50,182 nt of DNA from Dirinaria sp. TL-2023a (Eukaryota). Positions 11,811 through 24,109 of this stretch are shown here, one piece after another. The notes under the pieces were generated by a model. It was not told where the DNA came from and did not search any database. It saw only the letters and a list, made by a program, of their open reading frames with translations. Positions within the stretch are counted from its first letter, which is position 1. Each line of letters starts with the position of its first letter. Position numbers and translations under genes: made by a program. The stretch covers positions 1 to 50,182 of the forward strand of contig JAVEBF010000023.1 in the NCBI GenBank assembly GCA_051941275.1. Reading direction: 5' to 3'.

Positions 11811-12919
11811 ATGTCGGGTGGAGGCACGTATCTGAAAGATGAAGTGAGATCAGAAGACATCTACCAATATGGAATCTCAACTGAAATCGAGACTCAGGGC
11901 TCGAGAGGTCAGGTAGTCGTCGCAGGCGGCATTGCTGGACTAGTATCACGGTCGGTACAGCTTGTTTTGGCAAAGATCCGTCATTGCTAATTAACAGAAT
12001 GCAGTTTCTGCATAGCTCCGCTTGACGTGCTTAAGATTCGGATGCAACTACAGATCCATTCGCTCACCGACCCGCTTTCTATCCCTCACAGACCTCGCCG
12101 GCTTGCACCATCGACACTGTCGACCTTCAAAGACATTCTGCGGAACGAAGGTGTCACAGTAAGCGCGCGGGGCAGCTTTTGGAATGTCCAAAGCTGACTG
12201 ATTAGGCCTTCTGGAAAGGCAATGTCTCTGCTGAACTCCTCTATGTAACCTACGGCGCCCTCCAGTTCACGACGTACACCACTTGCACAACGCTCCTCGC
12301 CTCCCTCCCTCCATCACTCAATGCATTCATTGCTGGAGCCACTGCTGGAGCAACGTCCACAGCCATTACATATCCACTTGACCTTCTCCGCACTCGCTTC
12401 GCTGCCCAGGGATCGGACAAGGTCTACTTTAGTGTCCTAGGTAGCATTCGGGATATTGCTCGTACGGAGGGCACTCGAGGCTTCTTCCAAGGATTGGGTG
12501 CCGGTGTTGGGCAGGTGGTGCCGTACATGGGGGTTTTCTTTGCCGCTTACGAATCGCTCCGTCCTGCCTTTGCCTCACTTGAGCTTCCTTATGGTAGTGG
12601 CGACGCTACCGCCGGGGTCATTGCATCCGTGACAGGGAAGACGACCGTGTTCCCATTAGACGTGATCAGGAAGAGGCTGCAAGTGCAGGGACCCACAAGG
12701 ATGAGGTTCGTCCCGCGACAAGGCTACAGAGCTGTTGCTGATTATGCTGGACTGGGCCTGTGGGGCACCGGGAAGGCCATCGTACGGAAAGAAGGCTGGA
12801 GAGGCCTGTACAGAGGTCTGACAGTAGGGTTGATCAAAAGCGCACCCGCCAGCGCAGTGACAATGTGGACGTACGAGCGGGCATTGAAAGTAATGAAAGA
12901 AGCCCAGAAAGCAATTTGA
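11811..12919 (+). CDS. TPC1: Mitochondrial thiamine pyrophosphate carrier (4 exons)
   Basis: Spliced [52 protein letters not shown]. Three Px[D/E]xx[K/R]x[K/R] carrier signatures: [24 protein letters not shown]. The N-terminus matches fungal Tpc1 as recalled. Confidence 0.9.
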
Positions 12920-13206
12920 CGACTTGCCTCAGGAGCTTAATAACCCTGAGATTTGTTTGTAATCTCCTTCATCCCCGCTACTTCGCCTGTTTGTCACATC
13001 GTGATTGGACTATGTGGAGCTAAATAGACCTGACGCAAGAGCTCCCACTCCAAGCGGCTTTGACAGGGTAAGCGACCACCTACCGACCGGGAACAGATAT
13101 CTGTATCAGGCGCGGTAGTGAAGCATCCGTGAGGCAGTACTCGAGTAGATGTTGTGTCTGGATGTTTTTGCTGTGGTAGAGTATTAACGCTAATGCTATA
13201 GTAGCT

Positions 13207-14319
13207 TCAAGTATTCTTATGAGGCGCAAGATGGCTAAGGAGCATTTTCAGCCGCCTGACTGCAGGCTTATCGTCAAGTGCATTCTTACTATCACCTGTC
13301 ATTGCTAGCTCTTCTCGAGCCTGCTGCACTAGTGGAAGCATGTCTCCCCATACTTCGTCCTGATAGCTGTTGAGTATCTCGAGCCACGGCCCCAATTCGG
13401 CGTTGTGCGCTTCGTCTATAGCAGCACGAGGTATAGACTGAGCTATAGTTTTGAGACCAGTCTCTGTCAATGCGAAATCAGGCATAAGTTGCCGCTCAAT
13501 CATAGTTTCTTTTCGGCTTGTCCTAACTTCTCTTTGAGCAGTCTCTGGATTTTTTGATTGTCGATCAATGTCCGAAATTTCTGCTGAAGTAGGAACTTGG
13601 CCCTCAATTTCGTCATCTATGTACAAGCTGGGCTTTGAGAGGAGGTCTACAACAGCCGCCCCATCTGTAGAGTCAATCAACTTTCGTGGGCTCTTGCTAA
13701 GTGTGCTTCGTGCGTTTCTTAGATGGGAATGAGACGCGGAGGAGCAGTTCTCATCACCATGGGACAGGCTGAGATAATCCTCAAACCCTTGTTGCGCGCT
13801 GCTAGATTCGGGATTGTCTTTCTGAACGTTTTCCTCAAATTCCTCTTGGTTTAATGCTAGGGGTCTGTCGTCCAAGGCAGTGGAAGATGGAACTCCAAGC
13901 AAAGGTAGATCCGGTTTAGACAAAAATACGTCTAAATCGAAAGGAGTAGAGTCTGAGAAGTCTCTTTGGTGGGTATCTGTTGGCTTTTGGGAAGTCTCTG
14001 TCTCGACGCTGATGGCTATCTTTTTCGCATCACTGGCCATAGAAGAGGGGCGTGAGCTGAACATGTCAGAATTAGAGAATGACTCCTCCGATGCGGCCGA
14101 ACTTGAAGAGGATTCGCCCTTTTCTGTATTGGTGGAAAGCGAGCCCACCGTCTGTGCTATGGCGCCACCACTGGGTTGCAGAAGCGCTTGTCGAGTCAAG
14201 ATTGCTGCAGATGCTCCTAACCGTTCTGCGAAAGATTTTGTGTTGCCGTTCGTAAAGTCTGCCGATCCAGAACCAGCTTCGTCCTTCGATAAGTCATGCT
14301 GCTTGCTGGACCGAGCCAT
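13207..14319 (-). CDS. Conserved fungal hypothetical protein (mostly disordered, with a C-terminal helical motif)
   Basis: Intronless 370-aa ORF, S/D/E-rich. Ordered-looking blocks DGAAVVDLLS and WLEILNSYQDEVWGDMLPLVQQAREE...AVRRLKMLLSHL. Confidence 0.8.
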   Translation of the reverse strand: MARSSKQHDLSKDEAGSGSADFTNGNTKSFAERLGASAAILTRQALLQPSGGAIAQTVGSLSTNTEKGESSSSSAASEESFSNSDMFSSRPSSMASDAKKIAISVETETSQKPTDTHQRDFSDSTPFDLDVFLSKPDLPLLGVPSSTALDDRPLALNQEEFEENVQKDNPESSSAQQGFEDYLSLSHGDENCSSASHSHLRNARSTLSKSPRKLIDSTDGAAVVDLLSKPSLYIDDEIEGQVPTSAEISDIDRQSKNPETAQREVRTSRKETMIERQLMPDFALTETGLKTIAQSIPRAAIDEAHNAELGPWLEILNSYQDEVWGDMLPLVQQAREELAMTGDSKNALDDKPAVRRLKMLLSHLAPHKNT

Positions 14320-15235
14320 TGTAACTAAGTCTTTGATGAGCCTAGATTAAACATGGACGAAAAATCGATGAGAACACGTGATCAAGACCTGGAGCGAGCT
14401 TGTCATGTACAAATTCAAGAGATGGTCTGAGTTTACGAAAGATCAGGTAACAGTATGAGTAATGTGGTGAGGACGGGCCGAAGGAAGTGACTACGAATGC
14501 TCGATACAGCACATAGAATATATCGATAAGAGATTGCTCTGGGTATAGAGTGAAGAAATGAGTGTTGGGTAGCGTTACTTCAAAGAGACCGAAATTGGTG
14601 AAGCTGTAGAGTGGTGTTTTCGGAAGTCAGCCGTAATATCATACTGCAGTACCTCAGCATTCCTGTGTTGAAAGGGTGAGTGCGGTACCGGCTTCCTATC
14701 TGGCGATTGAGCAAAGGACATGAATCGGCGAGTGATGGTGATGGTGATGCTGGTGAATAATATTGAAGGGTCTTTCTACTTACATGCACCCAGCAGGACT
14801 TCGGTCTAGGCGACGCAGCCAAGAACTCAGAACGGCGCCTTGTCCCTCCCGTCGACCTCCCACCAGTCGAGCCAGGGTTAAGGTAAAGCTCCTTGATACT
14901 CGATCACCCTCCTTGTACCACTCCATACTGTGCTTCGGGACTCTAGAACTTTGGTTGCCTCTATCGGTGTTCTGGCCACAATCTTGAGCGCTCAACCGGA
15001 CCCTTTGCGAGCGATCCGCTAAACTACCGTAGCTCCCCATTTATCACAGCTCTTACCATCACTCGAACGCGCCGGCCTGGAATCCTTCTTGGTCCGAGGC
15101 CATCTGATTACCAGCGATTCCAGAGTAATACATAACACAAACCGACTTCTGGTGTTAGGAGGACAAAAGTGCTGAACAGGCGCTAGAATACAAAGGCACG
15201 CGCTGCCTGATTTCCGGGTCAAGCGAGGGAAACGG

Positions 15236-17139
15236 ATGAACATGGTGGTGGCAGAGGAGTCTAGTACTCCGACATGGAAGTTCACACAGTAAGCTTTGGC
15301 TCCTGTTACAATATGAATGGAGCAACCTTGTCGCAGTGCTTTACATTACTCAACACGCGCCTCCCTCTCCATTGACCCACCTTCACACGCATGTGGCCAG
15401 TATGGAGGAATTCCACCATGGACAAACCCAGAATACAGAATTGGACTATTGGCTAAAAGTGGAATGCAGATGCTTTGGCGATAAAGGGGATGTGGAAGAC
15501 ATAACCGAAGGTTAGATCCCAGACTGATAGACCAACGTATACATGACTTAGCCATTCCAATGCTGACAACACAGCCGACATAATATCTACGGTAGAGTTT
15601 GATCACACCGGGAACTATCTGGCGACAGGTGACAAAGGCGGCCGCGTCGTACTTTTTGAAAGGAATGAGTCTGTGAGTAGCCTTCCTCCTTGCGGGGCTC
15701 CTGACGTGCACCGTCTCAAGGCAAACCCCAGACAGACCTTGGCTGACCCTCAATAGAAGAAGACCTGCGAGTACAAGTTCCACACTGAATTTCAATCACA
15801 CGAACCCGAATTTGACTATCTCAAGTCCTTGGAGATAGAAGAGAAAATCAACAAGATCAAATGGTGTCGGAGACAGAACGCATCACATTACTTACTTTCC
15901 ACCAATGATAAGACCATCAAACTTTGGAAGGTTTTTGAGAAGTCATTAAAGGTGGTTGCGGAGAACAACCTTTCCCACGATCTTACGCCTGGGGGCGCAC
16001 TTGGTGTCGGAGGCGGAGGCCCGCCTCGACCGAACCCGAACCTTTCATTCACATCTGCCTCATCGCTCAAGCTCCCTCGCATGACACATCATGACACAGT
16101 TGTTGCCGCCGTACCTCGCCGAACCTATGCAAATGCGCATGCCTACCATATCAACAGTATATCCGTCAACAGCGACGGAGAAACATTCATCAGTAGCGAT
16201 GACTTACGGATAAACCTGTGGAATCTGAACATCCAGGACCAGAGCTTCAATATTGTCGATATCAAGCCTGCAAATATGGAGGAGCTTACGGAGGTCATCA
16301 CGGCCGCCGAGTTCCACCCCCAAAGCTGCAATTGGTTTATGTACGCGAGCTCCAAAGGCACGATTAAGCTGGCAGATATGCGTGAAAGTGCACTTTGCGA
16401 TCAACACGCTAAACGTATGTCTTCTAGACAATTTGCGAAGATCGATGGCTGATTATCATCTAGAGTTTGAGCAAGAAGAAGACCCATCCTCACGTTCCTT
16501 CTTTTCCGAAATCATATCCTCCATCTCTGACGTGCGTTTCTCGAATGATGGCAGATACATCCTTTCCCGCGACTACCTAACAGTCAAGATATGGGATGTC
16601 AATATGGAACGAACCCCTGTCAAGACGATACCGATCCATGAGCATTTACGACCCCGGCTATGTGACACGTACGAGAACGATAGCATATTCGACAAGTTCG
16701 AGGTCGTGTTCTCTGGTGATGCTAAGAATGTTATGACTGGAAGTTACAACAATAATTTCATGATCTACCCTTCAGACCCAGAAAAAGAGATGGAAGTAGT
16801 ACTGCAAGCCGATAAGTCTGCCTTCAAAGCTAAGAAAGTTGGTGTACCAACACCAATCAATTCTGCAACGAGCCCAACGAATGGCTCTACAAATAAGAAG
16901 GGCAACTCAAGAGCGGGCAGCCCAGCGGCTACAGCTGCGGGGCAAGGAGGCAGGATGAGGAAGGAGACCGACGCAGACCAGATAGACTTCAACAAGAAGA
17001 TCTTGCATATGAGCTGGCATCCCTTTGAAGACAGCATAGCGATCGCTGCGACGAACAATGTAAGCCCTCAATACAGGCTGTGCGCGATCTATGGAGCTAA
17101 CATGTACTTTGCTAGCTATTTGTCTTTTCGGCACTGTAA
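15236..17139 (+). CDS. CDC55: Protein phosphatase 2A regulatory subunit B/B55 (multi-exon WD40 protein)
   Basis: Spliced [77 protein letters not shown], and final IAATNN|LFVFSAL*. Start at 15236 or the in-frame ATG at 15242. Confidence 0.97.
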
Positions 17140-18594
17140 CCATAGGTCTCATACACTTACAGGTACGGCGCACCTTATGTGGTACGGAGACGTCTCCGGG
17201 TTGCGCTCCGATCACCGCCGGCATCCAGCTGGAGTACACACAATAGAAGCGAGCCTACCCCCAGATTGCGTTCAGGAACGAGCTACGGACAATAAGATGT
17301 GGGGTCCGAGCAATAGGTAATGATGTGGCCATGGTTGGACGCTGGGAGTGATGAGCCGCATGTTATCCAGGACTCCCATGCACTCAGTGGGGTCTCATAA
17401 CTGGCGGCGTTCACGGGCACCTAGTAGGTAGAATAAGACTTAACGTAGATGGAGTATCATTTGGGCTCTCCATCAAAATATGCTTCCTTTCAACTCCCTA
17501 TATTTCTGCACACTTTTAACTGCATAGCACGCTGTGTAGGTGCTGTCGAGCCTTCGGCGTTGGGACTTAACCGATCGATCATCGATCATCGAAAACGACG
17601 CCCAGGCATCTTGTTACTGCTGCTACAGCACGTAAAACAGCATCGGATGCCTTAAACGACCCTTTAATCCGAATTAGTTAATGTTAGGTAAGGCAACTTA
17701 TCCGTCGCGGATTTTCTATCTTGTGGATTTCCTTGCGGCCTCGACCCACCCATTGCCATTACAGTTTTCCTACCTACACAATCAATCCCGCACTACTGCC
17801 CCATCACCAAACACCATTTATTCAAGCCATCTACCCAATATCCCCATCATGCACCGCGTTCATTATTATTCCCGATCATTAAATCTGCCAACCCGTCCGT
17901 TTCAAGATCAATGTTTCGTACCTCGTACCACAGCCACACCGCTGTTTGGGGGCCGCAGGATCCTGAGGTACAAACGGGGGCGGCACAGTAAGTAACAGTG
18001 AAGAAATTACAACAAGGCACTTTAAGAACACTTCGAAGCCTCGTTCAATTTTTTTGCGTCCTGAGAGAGAGACTTTTCTGTCGCTTTTGTTGTTGGTATA
18101 TCATTCACTCTTTTCGTCGTTATTGTTGTTGATCGCGTTTGGTGCTGGTGAGTGTGTGTTTTGCATAGGAGCAAAGATATATATCAATCGCGAAGGCTAC
18201 GGTGGAGAAAGAAGAGCGGGCTACGATATTTTTGGGTTGAGCACAAGGAAGTTGAGGAGGCAATTCGACTGAGTCAGATGTGAGTTAAGAATATCTCTGT
18301 ATTGGGTAAGCTGTCTGGTTGCGTTGTGTCGCTCGCTGTCTTCTTACGAACCTGTTGAGGCGGCAATCCAGCTGTGCGCGGACTTGAAACATCAAGCATC
18401 CAACTCCGATATTGGTTCTAATCAAATCCTCGTAGCTTAAAGCGGCATTATCGTTCATCATCTCAAGTCAATCAGTTCCACTTTCTTCTCGGATTACTTT
18501 ATCAAAGAATCAACTTGTGTCATTGAAATCTTTTCTTCCCTCCTATCTTATCCTATCCTACACAAAACAACTCAACGCAAAGGGACACCACAAT

Positions 18595-18889
18595 ATGCAA
18601 CTCACAACCTTGTCCCTCCTCTTCGCCAGCCTAGCTTTCGCTCTCGCTGCGCCTTCTCCTTTTGAGTCACTAGAGAAGCGCTGCGCAAACAATGGTGGTA
18701 TGTAATTGCTCCTTCTCTCCCACTTCCATTGATCCTATATTTTGAGTATGTACGAGATAACAGACTAAATCGAAACAAATAGACGGCTGTTCCCAAGCGA
18801 GCGATTGCTGCTCAAATACATGCGGCTTTATCATACAACGTAGTGGTGGCGCGTCAGGGCAGCAGTGTGTGCCTGGTCTTGCAGCCTAG
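18595..18889 (+). CDS. Small secreted cysteine-rich prepropeptide with a knottin/ICK-like C-C-CC-C-C framework (exons 18595-18697, 18783-18889; 69 aa)
   Basis: Signal peptide MQLTTLSLLFASLAFALAA, pro-segment ending LEKR, and an 85-nt GTATGT...ATAG intron that splices in frame to the mature peptide CANNGDGCSQASDCCSNTCGFIIQRSGGASGQQCVPGLAA*. Confidence 0.85.
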
Positions 18890-21741
18890 GCGGGAGTTTG
18901 GTGGGGTGGACCTGTAGTGAAGTCAATGGGAGGAGGCGACGGTCTTAGGAGGGTTAGAAATGGTGTTTTCGGGCAACGGGCGTTGGTAGAGGGATTTTGG
19001 TGTTGGAGATAGTGCGTATGCTTCGATTGACGTGGAGTCTGGGCCATGAAATCTGGGAGAGCGTGGAGGCGTGAGATAAGCAATTCAATGAACCTATCAT
19101 CGTGCTATTAGAACACGGTTAGAAGTTTCCATTATACTATTATACTCGAGGCTCTTGATTCGTCAATGAACGTGGAGCGGCTTCGTTCACAAGTCTGCGT
19201 TGACAACCTTGACTCTGGAAAAATTACATTATTCTACTAGCAAGACCCGAGGTTCAAGCAGTCAGCAAACTCAACACCGTCATCCAAAATCAATAGTAAA
19301 TAATCAAATAGGATATGGGAATGTCCCCATAAACCCAGGTCAGTAACATTACGAGATAAACATGCTCACCTACCTCTTATCACGTTTTCTGACGGTTGTG
19401 TCTTTGAGACTTGCTTCGGCTCGAGTAGGAGGTGATATCAGACTCCAATGGCACCATCATGTTTTGTTTTAGTCATGCACCATATTCATGCCATATCGCC
19501 TATCATGAGGGTTTTATCTCGGGCCTGGGTGCCCCGAATCTAAGAGAAATTATTTCCTTTCTGGCATCATGACAAACCTGGAGCAGCTGTGTTTGTTGCC
19601 TGGCACTGTATGCATGTACATATTGCTCTCCACCTCTATAGCAGTCCCACTCCGTACGGAAGCGCTGCCATTGTTTTGAATACGTTTTAAGTGCGTAAGG
19701 TACTGTAAGTTTTGGCAATATGCAATTTCGAAGATGCCTAGTGAATACCAAGCGGTGAAAGTTCAGTGACTTTACCGAGTACAATCTCGGTGCGAGATCA
19801 TGGCATAGCATTTTCACGTACAGCTATTTTGAGTGGCCTTCTACTTGGTTGCGTGACCACGATATTTCTCCCAAGAAGTTAAGGTATGAATATCTCGTAG
19901 GAAAAGATCTGCACCATAGGAACACTTACTGGCTGCTGACCGCATCTTTTGAAGCAGCCATTGACGCAACTTTGACCATTGTGACGGGTGTTGCTCATGT
20001 CATACGAATGGAACAAGCCAGGCCAGTGGTAGATTAGTCAATGCTTCTTGTTCGCAGTGTTCCTCTTCGGGTTTTCCCTTCAACTGCTATCGTATTCGCT
20101 GGCTTTTCCTTACTCGCCGGCAAACCCTATGATCATGCAGTCCAAAGATAACGACTAGCTTTCTGCTTTGCGCTCTGCCGCATCCTCGTTGACTAATTCA
20201 GCTACTGCACTAGATTGGTATACCTTGTACAATATTGAATGATATGCTTCAAAATCCATGAATCAATGTAATATCCAATCTGCAGAACTTACCAGACGAT
20301 ATTATCTTGCTATTGGTGGGTTAGAACTCTAGATCAGCTTATATGCGGCCATTGACGCAACGATCAACAGGTCTGCTCAAAGCTTTCATGCTTTGAAGTG
20401 ATCTTAGCCAACACCGACGATAAGCTGAACGTACAAGGCTCCTTCAATGCACATCAATCACATCTCCACAACTCCATCGCATTTCGTGATGGCGCGTTAT
20501 GGAATGTCTTATCAGCCAATGTGACGAATATGCATCACGGTGATCTATTTTGACCGAGTATAGCAGAATGCGTTCATGTAGAACTTGATAGCCAATGGTG
20601 TAGCAAGCTTGGTGACTGTGGCTAGCTGACAGCTGCTAGTGCCATCATTTGATTTGCAAAGAAGTAAGGTAAGGTAAGCAAGGTACGGTAAGAAAAGGAT
20701 CGATGCGGAAGGCTCGAGGCTCCTTCCGCGGAACCTCCCGCGCCAAATGCACGAGCTAATGCATCTTTCCTCTACTTTCAGCCAGCCTCACGACCTCATT
20801 ATCGAGCTGCTACATGGTTTATGGATCAATACTTGCCAAATCCTCCGAAGCGTCTTCTCCATCTATCTCGATGTTCAGCGATCGTGATCTGTACGACTCC
20901 CCACTCGGTCCAGTGTTCCAATATACTCCAGCAATGGTTGACGCCCCATATCCAACAATGCCGGCCGCCTCGAAAAAGGGGCGGAATTGAATGCCCAATG
21001 ACGAGATATACATCCAGTTGTCAAACAGCAGAAATGGAGAGATTAGCCGAACCTGTGCCTAGAGCGGTTGGGATCTCCTTTGCGGTTTCTGGTACTTTGC
21101 TGTAGTACCGATACAGAACCGAGCAACAAGCATTGCAATTCGCTGAACCCGCTGAGCCATTCTCAGATGCCGCAATGGGGGCTCAAAAAACCACGAGGAA
21201 TTGCCTATCGTCGCCGCTGCCTCCAACCCGCTAGTGAATAGCACACAACCCAGTTCTCATTCGTAGGAATGTGCTCTACCAAATCGCTTTCCCTGAATAC
21301 ACTCATGTTGCCGTCTTGAATGACTCGTAAGCCGGATTTGGCTTGCTCGCCTCAGCTGAAATATTCCGAGCATGCCGATCACTCCTTCATCAGTCATCTG
21401 CAGTCAATATCATTACATTTAGCCTGAAGTTTAGATTTTCTTCGGCGCGTACCTTATACTTCCAAAGCGGAAGATATCGAATCTTGAGCTCTGAGTGGTT
21501 GGCATGAAGTGGCATCATCGAGATGACAATGAGAAACTCGAAGAACTCAGATACTCTTTGTTACTGTGCAGGGGATTAGCTTTGTATTGAGATTGGTTTC
21601 GCCAGCAAGATAAAGAGGAGCGTAGCTGCACGCTCCCTGATCATCTCGAAATTGTTGCAAGCCATCAGAATCACTGACATACTCCTTAAGCAAAGCATCT
21701 ATATCCGCCAAGTTGGACCTAGTTTGAAGCACTTTGCCACT

Positions 21742-24109
21742 ATGACTTACGCTATCACAGGTATCAAGGAGGGTCTTGGGCCCGGAGAAAGGGTTCCTCT
21801 CCGTCGAGAAATCGATGAATGGTGGTTTTCCAAGGACGAGAATGATTTAAACCAAAGGTCTCTTTTCATATACGCCCTTGAGGCACTGATGAGCATGGAT
21901 CCAGACGACATGTTCTCGTACTTCGGGATCGCAGGTATTGGAGCTCTAGTCCTTCCAAGACATCTCTAATAGCCTCTTATCAGGCATACATGGCCAGCCG
22001 CTGATTCCCTGGGACACCTCCGCAAAGAAGGAGAATGATTATTGTGCTCATGGGGAGACCAAATTTGCAACATGGCACAGACCCTACCTGCTGCTGTACG
22101 AGCAAAGGCTCTACGAGGTCATGCTTGACCTGATCCCGGGAACCTTTGCGAGCAGCGACCAGGAAGCAATGTTTCGCGCGGCAAAGACATGGAGGCTCCC
22201 ATATTGGGACTGGGCAGTGAAGAAGCCAGACTGGGACCCAGAAAATCCAGAAAATCCAAAAAACTTAGAGCCCAAGGTTGGACTCAACGTCCCATATCTC
22301 CTGACCCTTCAGAACGTCCAGGTCAAGACCATGAGCGGGTACGCAATAGTGCCCAATCCCATGTGGAAATTTGTCCTGCCTCTCAATCAAAAGTCGCCGG
22401 AGAAGGCAACTTTCGGTCAATATGGCATCACAGATCATGAAGGAAAAGAGGTTTGTGTCCCTCTAAGCACTACAAATTTCCGCTGACGATCGCAGTATAC
22501 AAAGTGCAAGGCCACCAGTAGGCAGCCTAGGCCCTACAAGCCGAAGGATTCTCAAGGTGAGGCCGATTGGATTAGTGGAGCAATTCAAGACTGGAAGAAG
22601 ATCTATGGGAATATCCGTGGCGCAGACTTTCAGAATGCAAATACACTCCCTGAAGCCGTCTCTCGACTGTTCTCGTACGCAACCTCTTACACTGAATTTG
22701 TGACACTTGGCTGGCAGGAGGGCAATCCAGCAAAGAGTTATCCTTCACTTGAGGACGTGCATGATAAGCTGCATGGCCTCATTGGTGGCAAAGGCCATAT
22801 GGGGAATATCGCAGTTGCTGCCTTTGATCCGGTTTTCTGGTAATACAATGCTTCTTCGATGCGTTGGAGACACTGCTGACCATGTTTAGGTTGCATCACT
22901 GGTAGGCTTTTCTGTCCAATTTACGCCAAATATTGCATTAACTCCGGTGTTAGCAACATCGACCGACTACTGGCGATGTGGCAAGATCTATATGATAGTA
23001 AATATCTCCAGTGGTTGAACGGCAAAGATCCTGGAGCCACGGCCGCGCTTGCTCCTTTTCACATGAATGATCATGGAAAATTATACGATTCCGCCTCTTG
23101 CAGCGATCAGCGACAGAATTTAGGCTATACATACCCTGACTTGCAAGTATGGCTTGAAGAATATAAGACTGGCGGAGTCTTCGACAAGCAGAAATATCAA
23201 ACAAAACTACGAACCGCTATTGAATTGAAGTATAGTACGACGGGCAAATTTGCCCTTCAGTTGCCGGAGAACGAACGCATCGCTACCATCCATATGTCAA
23301 ATATGACGGCGGAGAATCTCGCGACTGAACACTTTCCACCATTGCTGATCCAGAAGGCCGAAAGAATCAAAGTAGAACATCCTGAGCCTATCGCTCCGCT
23401 CCAGGACATCTGGTATGCAAACGACTATGTAGTGGATGTTGTCTACGACAGGTACGAGACTCTTTGATATGTAATATAGAACACAGAGCTAAATCTCTTC
23501 AAGATTTGCGATCGGGGGTTACCCCTACCACATCCGCCTCTTCCTCGGAGACGTTCCGCCGGAGGGGCATTCACTCTCATTCGGCGACACACCCACTCAA
23601 GTTGGTCATATTTATAACTTCAGTGGACCTATGAATGCGCGTGGAGCTACCGCCGAAGGCTGCGAAAATTGCAAAGCACAATACGAGAAACATGCCTTGA
23701 GTGCCGGCCAGATCGTGCTGACAGATTATCTGGTGGAGGATATCATCAAAGAGCGTCAGCAGCGCGGCTTGACTCTTGCATCGCTTTCGCGTAGCGAAGT
23801 CATCGAGTACCTACGAAAAAACTTGCATTGGCGTATTACTGATGTCAGTATTCCTCTCGAATGTTCTCCTCCCTCCTGAGGAATTGGGACTTGCAGAATG
23901 ATGTCGCTAATGCAAGCACGCCCTTCTAGCAAAGCGACAACATCATTGCCAAGGAAGATCCAAGGATGTCTGCGCTCAAGATCTCGGTCGCCATGGGCAA
24001 AGCCACGCATTACGCTGAGGAATCGCGTTTCTCCAAGTACGAGGATTATGAGGTCTTGTACCAGGTCACTGAGCACAGACTCGCTGGAGCCAATCCAGGC
24101 GATCTGTAA
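21742..24109 (+). CDS. Tyrosinase (type-3 copper; long cytosolic form with C-terminal shielding domain; 7 exons)
   Basis: CuA region AGIHGQP..YCAHGETKFATWHRPYL and CuB region LEDVHDKLHGLIGG.GHMG...AFDPVFWLHHCNIDRL. The C-terminal domain carries the CENC motif. No signal peptide. Confidence 0.93.

Noticed and set aside
16253..17320. 355-aa ORF as a separate gene
   Set aside because: It is the penultimate CDC55 exon read through flanking introns and UTR.
19957..20361. 14-nt direct repeat GCCATTGACGCAAC about 390 bp apart
   Set aside because: Too short, and the flanks do not align convincingly. At most a bZIP-like TGACGCAA site that also occurs elsewhere in the window.
20819..21060. Protein-like minus-strand fragment (RLISPFLLFDNWMYISSLG...TIAGVYW)
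   Set aside because: No consistent gene model or recognisable family could be built. It may be a relic but is unsupported.
18595..24109. RiPP (dikaritin/ustiloxin-type) cluster made of a Kex2-processed peptide plus tyrosinase
   Set aside because: The precursor has no repeated core units and no Tyr, and no UstYa/DUF3328 gene is visible. The peptide is better explained as a disulfide-knotted peptide.
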